Of a stretch of DNA of 64,000 nucleotides, positions 49,583 through 59,825 are shown one piece after another (position 1 is the first letter of the stretch; the number at the start of each line of letters is the position of its first letter). The DNA lies in NCBI GenBank assembly GCA_963701965.1, contig OY969695.1:1504001-1568000 (forward strand), given 5' to 3'. The notes beneath the pieces were generated by a model. That model saw nothing but the letters and a program-made list of their open reading frames with translations, made no database searches and was not told the origin of the DNA. Both the position numbers and the translations under genes were made by a program. The DNA is from an uncultured Gemmatimonadales bacterium. GTDB taxonomy: Bacteria; Gemmatimonadota; Gemmatimonadetes; Gemmatimonadales; Gemmatimonadaceae.

Positions 49583-51004
49583 CTACGGGTTTCGATCAAT
49601 GCAACCGTGATAGTTCGGGTTATTGGCTTCGTCCGACGATCCGGGGAAGTTGACGTCGCTCCCGTAGGTCCCCCCGCCCGGCAACGCGCCTGTGGGAAAG
49701 ACCTGCGCCTGGTTGAAGCCATACTGTCGGACGAGCCGTCGGAGATCGCTCAGCCGGTGACCGGTGAGAAAGAGATCGAACGCCCGCTCCCGGAAGAACT
49801 GCAGCCGCGGGTCCAGAGCGTGATTCCCGTTGATGGAGTCGAGCGGAATCGGCCCGACGGGCGCGAACGTCGGCGGCTGGAACTGCGCGCGCGCCGAGTC
49901 GAGGTTCGCCTTTTCCGCGGTGAAGCTCAATGTTTTGAGGGCCGCCTCGGCGAGAATGAGCTTGGCCTCAATGCCGTCGGCCACATCGACATTGCTGGAC
50001 GCTTGGGGGTACTTGATCTGGTTCATGAACGGGAAGCTGATCCCGTTGAACCCGAACTGTTGGGTGTTCTGGACCGGGACCCGGGGATCCACGGTGGGGT
50101 TCGCGTTCGTCGTCGTATCCGTAAACTGGAGACCGTTCACACCCTCGACGTCCGAGACTGAGAGGAGGAATCCGCCCGGAGCACCGAAAAACCAAATGCC
50201 ATTGTTCTGCTTCACCGTGTTGATCGAGAATTCCATCTGGTAGGTGAAGTTCGCGGGCACGGAGGCGACCGCCGCCGCGGCGCCGGCGTAGTTCGCCTGA
50301 TCCAGCAGCACGCGGCCGATGCCGACCTCCGCCGCATTGAGGTAGATCTGCGCCTCCGCCGCTGTCGCCGCATCGCCCGCGTCGTTCGCGGCGGTGATCG
50401 CGCCTTGCGCGAGTGTCGCGGCCCGCCGGAAATCCGCGAGCGCGATCGCGTAGATCTGGGCGGTCGTCAGGGGTTGGCCGTAGGTGATCGTCCCGTCGAA
50501 ACCCAGCGTGCTGAACGGGATGCCAGAGCAGTAGTTCTCGGCGAACATCACGTACGTGAAGCCGGCCAGGGCGACGACCTCGGCGTGGCCGACGTTGGGC
50601 GGATCGAACTTCTGGTACGCCGTATCCGTCCGCTCGACCGACACGCGGGCCTTCTGAAGATCCAGGAAGAGGCCGCGCAGCGAGGCGTTCACCGCGAGGG
50701 CAATGCGATCGTCGACCTGGATGCGCGTGGGGAACGTCTCTTCGTTCGTCAGTTCATCGACGAACATCCCCGTCATGTTAATGTGGCCTTCGTGGCTGTT
50801 GCCGCCCGCGTCGGCCGACCCGGCGAACGCGATTTGGAAATCGCCGATCGCCGAGAGCCGCGCCGTCTCGAGATTGCCCTTGCTGCCGTAGAGGGCTTCG
50901 GGCGACGTGGTATCGCGGTCGACGGGATGGAGCGTCGCCCCGGGGTCGCAGGCGGCGACGGCGGCCATCACCAGCGCGACGGACACCCACGTCCTGGTCA
51001 CCAT
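49583..51004 (-). CDS. SusD/RagB-like lipoprotein 1
   Basis: Lipobox VAAC; ERAFDLFLTGHRLSDLRR SusD C-terminal motif; directly downstream of a SusC gene. Confidence 0.85.
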   Translation of the reverse strand: MVTRTWVSVALVMAAVAACDPGATLHPVDRDTTSPEALYGSKGNLETARLSAIGDFQIAFAGSADAGGNSHEGHINMTGMFVDELTNEETFPTRIQVDDRIALAVNASLRGLFLDLQKARVSVERTDTAYQKFDPPNVGHAEVVALAGFTYVMFAENYCSGIPFSTLGFDGTITYGQPLTTAQIYAIALADFRRAATLAQGAITAANDAGDAATAAEAQIYLNAAEVGIGRVLLDQANYAGAAAAVASVPANFTYQMEFSINTVKQNNGIWFFGAPGGFLLSVSDVEGVNGLQFTDTTTNANPTVDPRVPVQNTQQFGFNGISFPFMNQIKYPQASSNVDVADGIEAKLILAEAALKTLSFTAEKANLDSARAQFQPPTFAPVGPIPLDSINGNHALDPRLQFFRERAFDLFLTGHRLSDLRRLVRQYGFNQAQVFPTGALPGGGTYGSDVNFPGSSDEANNPNYHGCIDRNP

Positions 51005-54000
51005 GTGATGTTTACCCGCCCCGTCCAGTACCGCACCGGGGGCTGCGTGAGGAAATCCGACGAAGTGAACTGGTCGCTGTCGAACCCGAAGTTGATTTCG
51101 GGGTCGAACCCGCGGTAGTTCGTCCAGGTGTGCAGGTTGCGGCCGGAGATGGAGAAGCTCATGTCGGACGCGCCGATCTTCTGCGCCCATTTCCGCGGCG
51201 CGGTCAGCGTGACGGTGAGCTCGCGCCATTTCCAGAACGACCCATCCTCGAAAAATCCCGCGTCGCTGCCCGTGCCCAGTCCGGCGCCGGCGAATCCGGA
51301 AACCACGGCGGCGGCCTGTTGGTTGAGCGGCGTGCTCTTGACGTAAAGCGCCGGACAGATCTCGAAGGCGAACCCGCAGCGGAACTCCTCCGTGCCGTTG
51401 TACGTGAGGACGCCGGCGTGACGATCGAAGACGGCGGAGACCTTTATGAAGTGAAAGAGGGTGATCGCGGGCGAGAGGGAGTATTCGTCGGACGGCTGCG
51501 AGTTGCCAAAGAATTGGAGATTGGGGCCGACGGTGATCTCGTTCGCCTCGATGATGCCGTCGTGGTTGACGTCCTTGAACGTGTAGGGATATGACCAGAA
51601 TCCACCAAGGGAGTACCCTGGCGTGTGCTCCTGGGTATCGGACGCGTTGCCGGCATCGAACGTGATGGGCGAGATCCCCTGGCCCAGCTTCACCAGCTTG
51701 TTGTGGTTGACGGATGCCGTCACCCCGAGATCGGCGCGGATGTTGCGCGAATCGACCAGCGTGCCGTTGATGCCCAGCTCGAAGCCTTTGTTCGTGACCT
51801 CGCCGAGGTTGACGAACTGTACGTCGGCACCCGTCGACGGCGCGAGCACTCGCTGCACGAGCGCCTGGTTGGTCTGCTTGCTGTAAATCGTGGCGTCGAC
51901 CGTAATGCGGTCCTTCCAGAACCCGGCGTCGAATCCGCCCTCGAACTCGCGCGTCCGTTCCGGGGAGAGCTGCGGATTGCCGAACAAGCTGTCCGTCGCC
52001 GAAGCCAGATCCACTCCGGCCTTCTTGGTAGCACGTGCGACGGCCGCGTTCGACGCTTGCCGAAACTGCGGGAACTGGCCGGACTCGCCGTATGCCGCGC
52101 GGAGCCGGAGCGAGCTCACGATGTCCGTTTTGGGGAAAAACGGTTCCTCCCCGATGACCCACGACGCGCTGACGGATGGATAGAATTGCGCGGGCACGTC
52201 GGTACCGAACGAGCTGACCTCGTCACCGCGGAGTGCTCCCGTCAAGAAGACCTTGTCCCGCCAGGCGAACTGCTGTTGCAGGAAGCCGCCGGGCTGGGCA
52301 ATGGTGGTGTTGCCAGCGAAAGGCAGCGCGAGATTCGTCGTGCAACCCGCGATCGTGCCGGTGCCGGGGACCTGCGTCGTGCAGTTGGCCTGCACGCCGT
52401 TCACGACCGTCTGCACGAACTGCATGCCGATTGACGACGTCCCTTTGATCGACTCGTTGATCGGGTATTGGGCCGAGGCGGTGCTGGTCGCCGTCCACGT
52501 GTAGTGCTTCGACGGGTTTTCTTGCGACTGGCCGTTGCTCAGCTGGCTCCCGGCAGGGAAGACGCCGGGGGGCAGTTTCACCACATCGAAGATCGTGGAG
52601 TAGTCGAGTCCCGCGGTATTGATCCACGAAAACCACTCGAGGGGGTGCCAGTTCGCCGTCGCGCCAACGGTGAACCGGTCCGTCGATTGATCCGTGAGGT
52701 AGCCCGCGAGCAGTTGCGGTGTGACGCCCGAGGAAAACCCTTTCGTCACGGGGTCGAAGAACGGCTGTCCGAGGAGTCCGCCACTCAGCACGCCGAAGGA
52801 CGCGTTGTCATTCTGGGGAAGCCCGGTGACCCCTGCGAGGTACCCGACGTTGATGGAGGCATCGAACTTGGGGGACAGCACCGTGTGCAGATTCGACCGC
52901 ACATTGGCGCGTTTCGCGGTGTTGTTCGCGTAGACGCCCTGTTCCTTGTAGTAGTCGCCGGCCACGAAGATCGTGGCCACGTCGGTCCCTCCCGAGACCG
53001 ATCCCCCGTATCCCGATCGATAGCCGGCGACAAACGGCGAGAACGTCTGGAGTGGATTGAACGAGAACAAGCCGCCACCGGCCACCGGTGTGCAGTCGCC
53101 GGCGCCTTGCGCCGCCAACGTGCAGAATCCCGTGGTATCACCAAACGCATCGACGCCGTTCCGTCCATAGTTGGCCGGCATATCGGTGTAGTTGCGCACC
53201 GATCCGTATTCGACGTGCCCGTTCCACTCCGCGTGCCCCGCTCGCCCTTTCTTCGTAATGACCTGGATCACGCCGTTGGCGCCCGCGGACCCGTAAAGGG
53301 CCGACGCGGCCGGGCCCTTCAGGATCGTCACGTCTTCGATCTCGTCGGGATTGAGATCGTCGAAGCGGGACGGCGCCTGGCCGCCAACGAAGACGCTGGA
53401 GGAGAACGCCGCCTCGGTGTTGTCGACGCGCACGCCGTCGATCACGAGGAGTGGCTGATTGTCGAGCGACGCGCTGTTGGAGCCCCGGATGCGAATGCGC
53501 GAGCCGCCGCCCGTGGTGCCGGACTGCATCTGCACCGAAACGCCCGCTTCGCGCGAGGAGAGCACGTCGGAGAAGTTCGCCACCGCGGTCGCCGGGATGG
53601 AGTCGACGTTGAGTGTGGCGACACTCATGCCTTCCTCGCGCTTCCGCTCCAATGCGCCGGTCGCGGTGACCACGATCTGATCGAGCTCAACCTTGCTTTG
53701 GGTCAGCGCGAAATCGACGGTGAGTGTGCCCGTGTCGGGGACCGTCACCGTCTTGTTGGACGCCACATACCCGAGACGCAGGGCCGACAGCGTGATCGAA
53801 CCCGTGTGCAATCCGGCGAGCCGATACGTGCCGTCGGCCCGTGTTGATGTGCCTAGAGTAGTACCCGTCACGCGCACCTGCGCGTCGGGGATACCGGTAT
53901 TGGTTGCGGTGTCGGTCACGCGGCCGACGACGATCGCGCGCTGGGCCCACGCCGGGGAGCAGATCCCTACGGCGGCCGTGCAAACCAGGACCAGTTGTCG

Positions 54001-54018
54001 CGTGCGCTGACGAGTCAT
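50998..54018 (-). CDS. SusC/RagA TonB-dependent transporter 1
   Basis: N-terminal extension domain, LDQIVVT, IRIRG.NS, PLLVIDGV, LKGPAASALYGS.GANGVI..TKKG, C-terminal Trp. Confidence 0.95.
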   Translation of the reverse strand: MTRQRTRQLVLVCTAAVGICSPAWAQRAIVVGRVTDTATNTGIPDAQVRVTGTTLGTSTRADGTYRLAGLHTGSITLSALRLGYVASNKTVTVPDTGTLTVDFALTQSKVELDQIVVTATGALERKREEGMSVATLNVDSIPATAVANFSDVLSSREAGVSVQMQSGTTGGGSRIRIRGSNSASLDNQPLLVIDGVRVDNTEAAFSSSVFVGGQAPSRFDDLNPDEIEDVTILKGPAASALYGSAGANGVIQVITKKGRAGHAEWNGHVEYGSVRNYTDMPANYGRNGVDAFGDTTGFCTLAAQGAGDCTPVAGGGLFSFNPLQTFSPFVAGYRSGYGGSVSGGTDVATIFVAGDYYKEQGVYANNTAKRANVRSNLHTVLSPKFDASINVGYLAGVTGLPQNDNASFGVLSGGLLGQPFFDPVTKGFSSGVTPQLLAGYLTDQSTDRFTVGATANWHPLEWFSWINTAGLDYSTIFDVVKLPPGVFPAGSQLSNGQSQENPSKHYTWTATSTASAQYPINESIKGTSSIGMQFVQTVVNGVQANCTTQVPGTGTIAGCTTNLALPFAGNTTIAQPGGFLQQQFAWRDKVFLTGALRGDEVSSFGTDVPAQFYPSVSASWVIGEEPFFPKTDIVSSLRLRAAYGESGQFPQFRQASNAAVARATKKAGVDLASATDSLFGNPQLSPERTREFEGGFDAGFWKDRITVDATIYSKQTNQALVQRVLAPSTGADVQFVNLGEVTNKGFELGINGTLVDSRNIRADLGVTASVNHNKLVKLGQGISPITFDAGNASDTQEHTPGYSLGGFWSYPYTFKDVNHDGIIEANEITVGPNLQFFGNSQPSDEYSLSPAITLFHFIKVSAVFDRHAGVLTYNGTEEFRCGFAFEICPALYVKSTPLNQQAAAVVSGFAGAGLGTGSDAGFFEDGSFWKWRELTVTLTAPRKWAQKIGASDMSFSISGRNLHTWTNYRGFDPEINFGFDSDQFTSSDFLTQPPVRYWTGRVNITW

Positions 54019-54130
54019 AGAATCATGCTCCGCCCCCCGTTACAGTCCCGGACACCATTGTCACAAAAGCAGCCTTGCCGCCCAGAATATGACAACACCG
54101 GGTAAAGTCAAGCGCGACATTGCCTACCTG

Positions 54131-54937
54131 ATGAGCTGGACCGTCGTGATCGTTCCCCATGGCAGTGATGCCTCGCGCCACGTGCACGTCTCTACGAGAG
54201 CGTTGCGCGCGGTGAAGTGGGGGGCGTGCGTCATCGCCGCCGGCGTCGTGGTGGTCGCCGTCGGGATCGGAGTCCACATGGGCAAGGGCAACGCCACCGC
54301 GGTGACAACGCTCGAAAGAAACGTCGCCGTGTTGCAGGACACGGTCGCGTCGCTCACGAAGAAGGACGATCAGCTGCGCCTCTTGGCGGGCCTGCCGGCG
54401 GCAGAGCCGGACAGTGTCGCACCGTTCGCCACGGTCGGGATTGACGGGCTGATCCGCCACGCGAACGATCTCTCGGCGAGCTTCGCCGAGGTGAGCGCCC
54501 GGCTGTCCAAGAACGTGGAGCGGTTGGCGTCGACGCCGTCCATCATGCCGACGACGGGCTGGCTCTCCAGCGAGTTCTCCCGCAGCCGCTTCCATCCGAT
54601 CCTACACAAGGCGCGTCCGCACGAGGGCATCGATCTCGCGGCGCCTTATGGCACGCCGGTGGTGGCGCCGGCCGCCGGTGTCGTCGAGCGCATCACGGAG
54701 CAGACGGGCTACGGTCTGGTGTTGGAGATCGATCACGGCAACGGGGTCGAGACCAAGTACGCGCATCTGTCGCGCGTCGTGGCCCGCGTCGGCCAGCGCG
54801 TGACGCGCGGCCAGGCGATCGCCGCGATCGGCAACAGCGGGCTCTCCACGGGGCCCCACCTGCACTATGAAGTGCACGTCAACGGCAAGGTCGTCGATCC
54901 GTTGACCTACGTGCTGCCGGGCGCGATTCCCGACTAA
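54131..54937 (+). CDS. M23-family metallopeptidase
   Basis: TM helix and coiled coil, HEGID, YAHL, STGPHLHYEV. Confidence 0.92.
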   Translation: MSWTVVIVPHGSDASRHVHVSTRALRAVKWGACVIAAGVVVVAVGIGVHMGKGNATAVTTLERNVAVLQDTVASLTKKDDQLRLLAGLPAAEPDSVAPFATVGIDGLIRHANDLSASFAEVSARLSKNVERLASTPSIMPTTGWLSSEFSRSRFHPILHKARPHEGIDLAAPYGTPVVAPAAGVVERITEQTGYGLVLEIDHGNGVETKYAHLSRVVARVGQRVTRGQAIAAIGNSGLSTGPHLHYEVHVNGKVVDPLTYVLPGAIPD

Positions 54938-54971
54938 AAAAACCGGCCCGGGGATCGCTCCCCGGGCCGGT
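54936..54971 (-). terminator. Intrinsic terminator of susCD pair 2 (possibly bidirectional)
   Basis: 13-bp perfect stem ACCGGCCCGGGGA-TCGC-TCCCCGGGCCGGT next to an A7 run (U-tract on the minus strand). Confidence 0.85.
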
Positions 54972-54990
54972 GATCATCACTCCTCGGCGA

Positions 54991-56481
54991 CTACGAGCAG
55001 GTCGCCGCGAAGTTGTTGTTCCGCTCCTGTCGCTCGACGGCCGGGATGTTCTCCATCGAGGTGTGGAAGTCCTTCGTGCCCCAGGTCGTCAGATCCTGCA
55101 TGATGAGACCATAGTCGCGGATCGACGAGATCTGGTCGGCGGTTCCGTCCATCAAGAGGGAGACCAGCTGCTCCTTCATGAGGAAGTCGCGCACGCTCGT
55201 CGCGCTGGTCGTGGTCACCACCGCGAGCCCACTCGGCAAACCGCCGACGGTCGTGCGCACCGCATCGACCGTCTGCGCCGCGAGCAGCAACTGACCCGTG
55301 CCGAGGTAGGCCCGCGCCAGCAGGAACTGCAGCTCGACGTTGCGAATGAGCACCATCGGCGATCCGATGCTGATGTTCGCCAGATTCATGGAATAGCTCG
55401 ACGAAACCTCGAACCCCGGCGAGGTCGGGAGCGCCTTGTTCTTCGCGAACTTCGCCAGCCACCGCTGATCGTTGAGCGTATCGACCTGCTTCGCGGTGGT
55501 CTCCAGCGCGTAGATCGACCCGGCATTCCCGAAGATCGGGTTGGCCACGTCGCCCGACGAACCGCTAAAGGAGTGGAAGACGCCAATATCATTGGCCGCG
55601 ATCGCCTCACCGGCGGACAGGGACGCCGAATACAGCGACGACGCTTTGATGTCCAGAATCGCCGAGTCAAGCTGCGCTTGATTCGGTTGTCCGAGCGATG
55701 TCGCCGTCGGGACCGAGGCCCCGCCGGCCTGCCGCGCGATGGCGTACGCGTACTCGATCCGCGCTTTGGCACGGAGCGCCAGCGTCAGGCTCTCGAACCC
55801 GCCGGCCGTCGAGCCGAGCGCCGCATAGCCCGGCGGCATCGTCAGCGTGAAGGCGCCTCCCGGAATACCCAAGAGGGTCCCCGCTCCAGCGGCATCGAGC
55901 TCCGTTTTCGCGGAGTCGAACATAAGCACAATCTGGCCCCACGCGAGCTTATTGCAGAGAATGGGCGCCAGGCTACCCACGAAGGGTTTGCCAACGGCGT
56001 TGATCGCTACGCCGTTCGTGTCGTGGGACATGGCGACATACATGTAATCCATCGCCTTGAGCGTCTCGAGCACGCCGTTGAGCGCATGCAAGTTCGCCGC
56101 CGGCATGGCGGCGCCGTCCACCGTGATCGTCGGGAGGATCCCTTGCACGGTGTCCGCGACCTTCGCGGCATTGTATTCCAAGTCCCAACTGCTGGCGCCG
56201 AAGTTGTCATTGTCCAGCGGTTGGTCGCCAGTCAGCTGCGTGACGAATCGCTCTTCGGACGGCGTGTAGTACGCCGCGACGCGCGCAAAGGCTTCCGAGG
56301 AGAGAGTGAACGCCCCCAGGTCATCGCGGATGCGGCTGAAGGCGCCGGTAAACTCGTTCTGGAGCGACGCGGCCGCGTGGGGGAAGGACGTGAGATTGTT
56401 GAAGTCGGGGACGAACGCCTCGTTGCAGCCCACCACGGTCAAGGCGGCGCCCAGTGTCGCTAGGGTTCGATATGGACGCAT
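54991..56481 (-). CDS. SusD/RagB-like lipoprotein 2
   Basis: Lipobox VVGC; IR.VELQFLLARAY motif; follows SusC2; similar to SusD3. Confidence 0.8.
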   Translation of the reverse strand: MRPYRTLATLGAALTVVGCNEAFVPDFNNLTSFPHAAASLQNEFTGAFSRIRDDLGAFTLSSEAFARVAAYYTPSEERFVTQLTGDQPLDNDNFGASSWDLEYNAAKVADTVQGILPTITVDGAAMPAANLHALNGVLETLKAMDYMYVAMSHDTNGVAINAVGKPFVGSLAPILCNKLAWGQIVLMFDSAKTELDAAGAGTLLGIPGGAFTLTMPPGYAALGSTAGGFESLTLALRAKARIEYAYAIARQAGGASVPTATSLGQPNQAQLDSAILDIKASSLYSASLSAGEAIAANDIGVFHSFSGSSGDVANPIFGNAGSIYALETTAKQVDTLNDQRWLAKFAKNKALPTSPGFEVSSSYSMNLANISIGSPMVLIRNVELQFLLARAYLGTGQLLLAAQTVDAVRTTVGGLPSGLAVVTTTSATSVRDFLMKEQLVSLLMDGTADQISSIRDYGLIMQDLTTWGTKDFHTSMENIPAVERQERNNNFAATCS

Positions 56482-56484
56482 TGG

Positions 56485-59460
56485 TCAGAGACCCAGGTCG
56501 ATAGAGATGAAATAGCTACGCGTCGGAGGAAATGGCGTGACATCCTGTCCGCGGCCGATCTGCTGCGAACCGAAGTTGCTGACTTCCGGATCCAGCCCCG
56601 GATAGTTCGTCCAGGTGATCAGGTTACGACCCGTAAGGCTCAAGGATGCGTTCCGCAGGTAACCACTGCTGGCGCGGTTCACGAACCGCGACGGCAGATC
56701 GTACTTGAGCGTCAATTCGCGCAACTTGAGGAATGACGCGTGCTGCACGTACGCGGTAATGTTGTTGCCCAGTTCGCCGATGCGTTTGTTGGCCGCGGCG
56801 GTATCGGCGAGGTTGCCCGCGAACCCGAACGCGCCGTCGAAATACTCCTCGGTCAGGTCGGCGACCGACTGGCCTTCCCGCCAATCGAAGAACGTGTGTA
56901 AGTGGAGCGGCCCGTAGTTCAGGTCCTGGCCGAAACCAAGCGTGAGGGCCGGCGCGGCGTTGCCCATCTGCACCGGCGTACCCGTCGCCGCGGTCGCCGC
57001 CGTCACGCCGTAGATCGCGTTCGCCGAGGCACCAGGCGTGACCTGATAGCCACCAAACGGGAAGTATCCGAAGAAGCTGCCGGCCTCGAACGGCGGGATC
57101 GGCAGGTTGTCCACGCGGTCGTAGGTGCGTGTGAAGAGCTCCGTGGTGTTCCACGAGAACTTGCCGATCTGGACGGGCGTCGCGGCGAACTGCAGCTCGA
57201 TACCTTGATTCGTCAGCTGGCCGCCGTTCGTCCAGGAGTTCGTGAATCCGGAAGACGGCAGCACGCTCTCGAACAGCAGCAGGTTGGTGATCCGCTTCTG
57301 GAAGATCGTCGCATTGAGGCTCGCGCGACCCTTGAACATCGAGAGGTCGACACCGGTCTCGAGGCTGGTATTGGTCTCAGGTCGGATCGTCGGATCCCCA
57401 CTGGTCTCGCTGAAGCGCACGCCCGTGATGCCCGTGTTGTTGGTCGTGATGCTGGTGTTGAACTTGAGGCCGTAGTTTGGGAGGTTGCCGGCCTGGCCGT
57501 ACGCGAAGCGGAGCTTGAGTTCGTTGTCACCGGTGAACACGCGGTACGACGCAGCGACCTTCGGATAACCGTAGAAGTGATCGATGTTGCCGTTGTTGCT
57601 GCTGCGCTCCAGGTTGAAACCGCCGGTCAGGGACAGACGCTCGGCGAAAAGCAGCAGCTGCTCCTGTGCGTAGTACCCGTAGTCGTTCGCCTCCTGCTGT
57701 TGGTAGAAGGGGGTCAAGGTCGAGGCGCTGGTGAAGGCCAGCGACCCCGTGACCAAGCCCTGACCGTTGTCGAACGTGAGATACGTCGCTTCCTTGTCGC
57801 GCGTGAGTCCGATCGACGTCGTCGCTGACAGCAGGGAGCTTGGCGTGAAGCGGTGGATCAAGCTCACCGAGAAGTTCGAAAGCCGATCGTACCCGCTGCT
57901 GCTGGTGCTGACGCCCGGCGTCGTCACCAGGGCGGACTGCTCGACCTGCAGGTCGGGCGACATGTAGAACTGGTCCCGGACGTTGGCGAAATCAGCGCCG
58001 CCGACCAGCGCCAGCTCAAGACTCTGCGTGCTGCCGGTGAACATCTTCCAGTTCACGTTGCCGCCGAGGGTCGTGCGGTTCACTTCCTCCGGCGTGCTGA
58101 TCGCGTGCGCATCCTGGAAGGCGTTCGCCGGACCGAACGGATTGAAGGCGTAACCGCCGCCGCTGACGTGGCAGCTCATGCAGAACCACGACGGCGTGTA
58201 GGAGATGGCGTCGTACCCCGAGATCCCCAGGTTGTCATTGCCATTGACGCCGCGCCGCGTCAAGGACGACGTGTACGCGACATTGGCGCCCACGGTGATC
58301 GTACTGAACAGCGTCTGCGTCAGGTTGGCGCGCGCCGACTGCTTGTTGTACCCCGTATTGATCTGGGCTCCATTGTCGTACTTCGTCATGCCGGAGACGA
58401 AGTACGTCGTGTTGGGTGTGCCCCCACGGAGGGTGAGGTCACTCTCGTTCGACAGCTGCCCACCGCCGTACAGCTGCTGCTGGAAATCGCAGAAGCTGTG
58501 GCACGAATTGAAGTTCGCTTGCACCTCCGCCGCCGACATGTTGACGGCCGCGCCCTGCGCGGTCGCCTCGGCCAGCGTAAAGTGCCGCACGTCCAGCTCA
58601 TGCTCGAGCGTGTACGTGCCGAACTTCTGGGAGAAGTCGATTTGTGCCTTGCCGGACTGACCCTTCTTCGTGGTGATGACGACGACACCACCCGCCGCTC
58701 GGCTTCCGTAGATCGACGCCGCGGCCGCGCTCTGCAGCACGGTCATCGACTCAATGTCGTTCGGGTTGAGATCGGCGATGCGGTTGACGCTCTGGTCCTG
58801 ATTGCCCGGCGTCATGGTGCCGTTCTGACTGCCAGCGCTGGTGATCGCGTTGAGACCGGAGGGGGTCGTCTCGTTCGCGACGATGACGCCATCGACGACG
58901 TACAGGGGATCGGAGCTGGCGTTAATCGTCGTGACGCCGCGGATGTTGACCTGGAGACCGCCACCGGGAGCGCCGGAGTTCTGCTCGACGAGGACGCCCG
59001 CCACCTTCCCTTGCAGCGCGTTCTCGACGGTGGCCGTTGGGGCGCCATTCAACTGCTCCGTGGTGAGCACAGGATCGTACGTGGAGGCGTTCTTCGTGGA
59101 AACCGTCGTCGCGACGCCCGTCACGACCTGCTGCTCCAGCTGCAGCACGTCGCGCGTCAGGGCGATCGTGTAGTCGGTCTGCCCCGCGACGATGGGAATG
59201 GTGCTGCTGCGATAACCAATGCGGCGCACGGTGAAGCTCTTGGTGTCCGCGGGGAGGTTGCGGAGCGTGAAGCGACCGCTGTCGGTGGTCTGGGCGCCGA
59301 TCGTCGTGCCCAGCACGGTGACTTGCGCCGCGGGAACGGATTCTTTGTTCTCCGCGTCGATGACGCGCCCGGTGATGCGCTGGGGTTGCTGGCCGGATAC
59401 GCTGCGCGCAAGAGCAAGCGCCAGCGCTACGGCCGTCGCGATAGACGAACGTATTCTCAC
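56485..59460 (-). CDS. SusC/RagA TonB-dependent transporter 2
   Basis: GGAGG RBS with GTG start, LQGKVAGV, SGAPGGG..V.IRG, PLYVVDGV, AAASIYGSRAAGGVVVITTKKG, G.DPEVSNFG. Confidence 0.95.
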   Translation of the reverse strand: MRIRSSIATAVALALALARSVSGQQPQRITGRVIDAENKESVPAAQVTVLGTTIGAQTTDSGRFTLRNLPADTKSFTVRRIGYRSSTIPIVAGQTDYTIALTRDVLQLEQQVVTGVATTVSTKNASTYDPVLTTEQLNGAPTATVENALQGKVAGVLVEQNSGAPGGGLQVNIRGVTTINASSDPLYVVDGVIVANETTPSGLNAITSAGSQNGTMTPGNQDQSVNRIADLNPNDIESMTVLQSAAAASIYGSRAAGGVVVITTKKGQSGKAQIDFSQKFGTYTLEHELDVRHFTLAEATAQGAAVNMSAAEVQANFNSCHSFCDFQQQLYGGGQLSNESDLTLRGGTPNTTYFVSGMTKYDNGAQINTGYNKQSARANLTQTLFSTITVGANVAYTSSLTRRGVNGNDNLGISGYDAISYTPSWFCMSCHVSGGGYAFNPFGPANAFQDAHAISTPEEVNRTTLGGNVNWKMFTGSTQSLELALVGGADFANVRDQFYMSPDLQVEQSALVTTPGVSTSSSGYDRLSNFSVSLIHRFTPSSLLSATTSIGLTRDKEATYLTFDNGQGLVTGSLAFTSASTLTPFYQQQEANDYGYYAQEQLLLFAERLSLTGGFNLERSSNNGNIDHFYGYPKVAASYRVFTGDNELKLRFAYGQAGNLPNYGLKFNTSITTNNTGITGVRFSETSGDPTIRPETNTSLETGVDLSMFKGRASLNATIFQKRITNLLLFESVLPSSGFTNSWTNGGQLTNQGIELQFAATPVQIGKFSWNTTELFTRTYDRVDNLPIPPFEAGSFFGYFPFGGYQVTPGASANAIYGVTAATAATGTPVQMGNAAPALTLGFGQDLNYGPLHLHTFFDWREGQSVADLTEEYFDGAFGFAGNLADTAAANKRIGELGNNITAYVQHASFLKLRELTLKYDLPSRFVNRASSGYLRNASLSLTGRNLITWTNYPGLDPEVSNFGSQQIGRGQDVTPFPPTRSYFISIDLGL

Positions 59461-59579
59461 TGCGTCCTCCGATTGTGTGGGGCTAGGGTCTGGACTGCTC
59501 GGGCGTGGTCCAGCAGACGTCAGAAGTTCGCTTGGCCCTCCTACTATAGATGTAGAACGAAAAACATCGAACGAGCGTT

Positions 59580-59608
59580 ATCGTAGAACGCATGAGTTGC
59601 GATGTCAA
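59580..59608 (-). promoter_or_regulatory. Sigma70-like promoter of susC2
   Basis: Minus strand TTGACA (59608-603), 17 nt, TACGAT (59585-580). Confidence 0.7.
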
Positions 59609-59761
59609 GAAATGGCTAAGACCATTCGGGCGCGATCTCGCCGGGCCACTTTACCCAAGTACTTATCTCACAAGTGGATGCCTTGGCACGATGGGCGCAT
59701 AAAGAATGTATAAAGATTGCCAGGCAGCGGTGTTTGTCAAAGTTTCGTCAGGTGGATACGT

Positions 59762-59793
59762 AGACAGCCCGGGAGGTTGCTCCCGGGCTGTCT
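59762..59793 (-). terminator. Hairpin downstream of susD3
   Basis: 14-bp perfect stem AGACAGCCCGGGAG-4nt-CTCCCGGGCTGTCT; no U-tract. Confidence 0.65.
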
Positions 59794-59825
59794 CCGTTCC
59801 GTGCGCGTCGCGTAATGGCGAACGA

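Noticed and set aside
49583..52162. 859-aa ORF as a single large protein
   Set aside because: The first 386 codons overlap susC1 out of frame; the credible lipoprotein starts at 51004 (or 51001).
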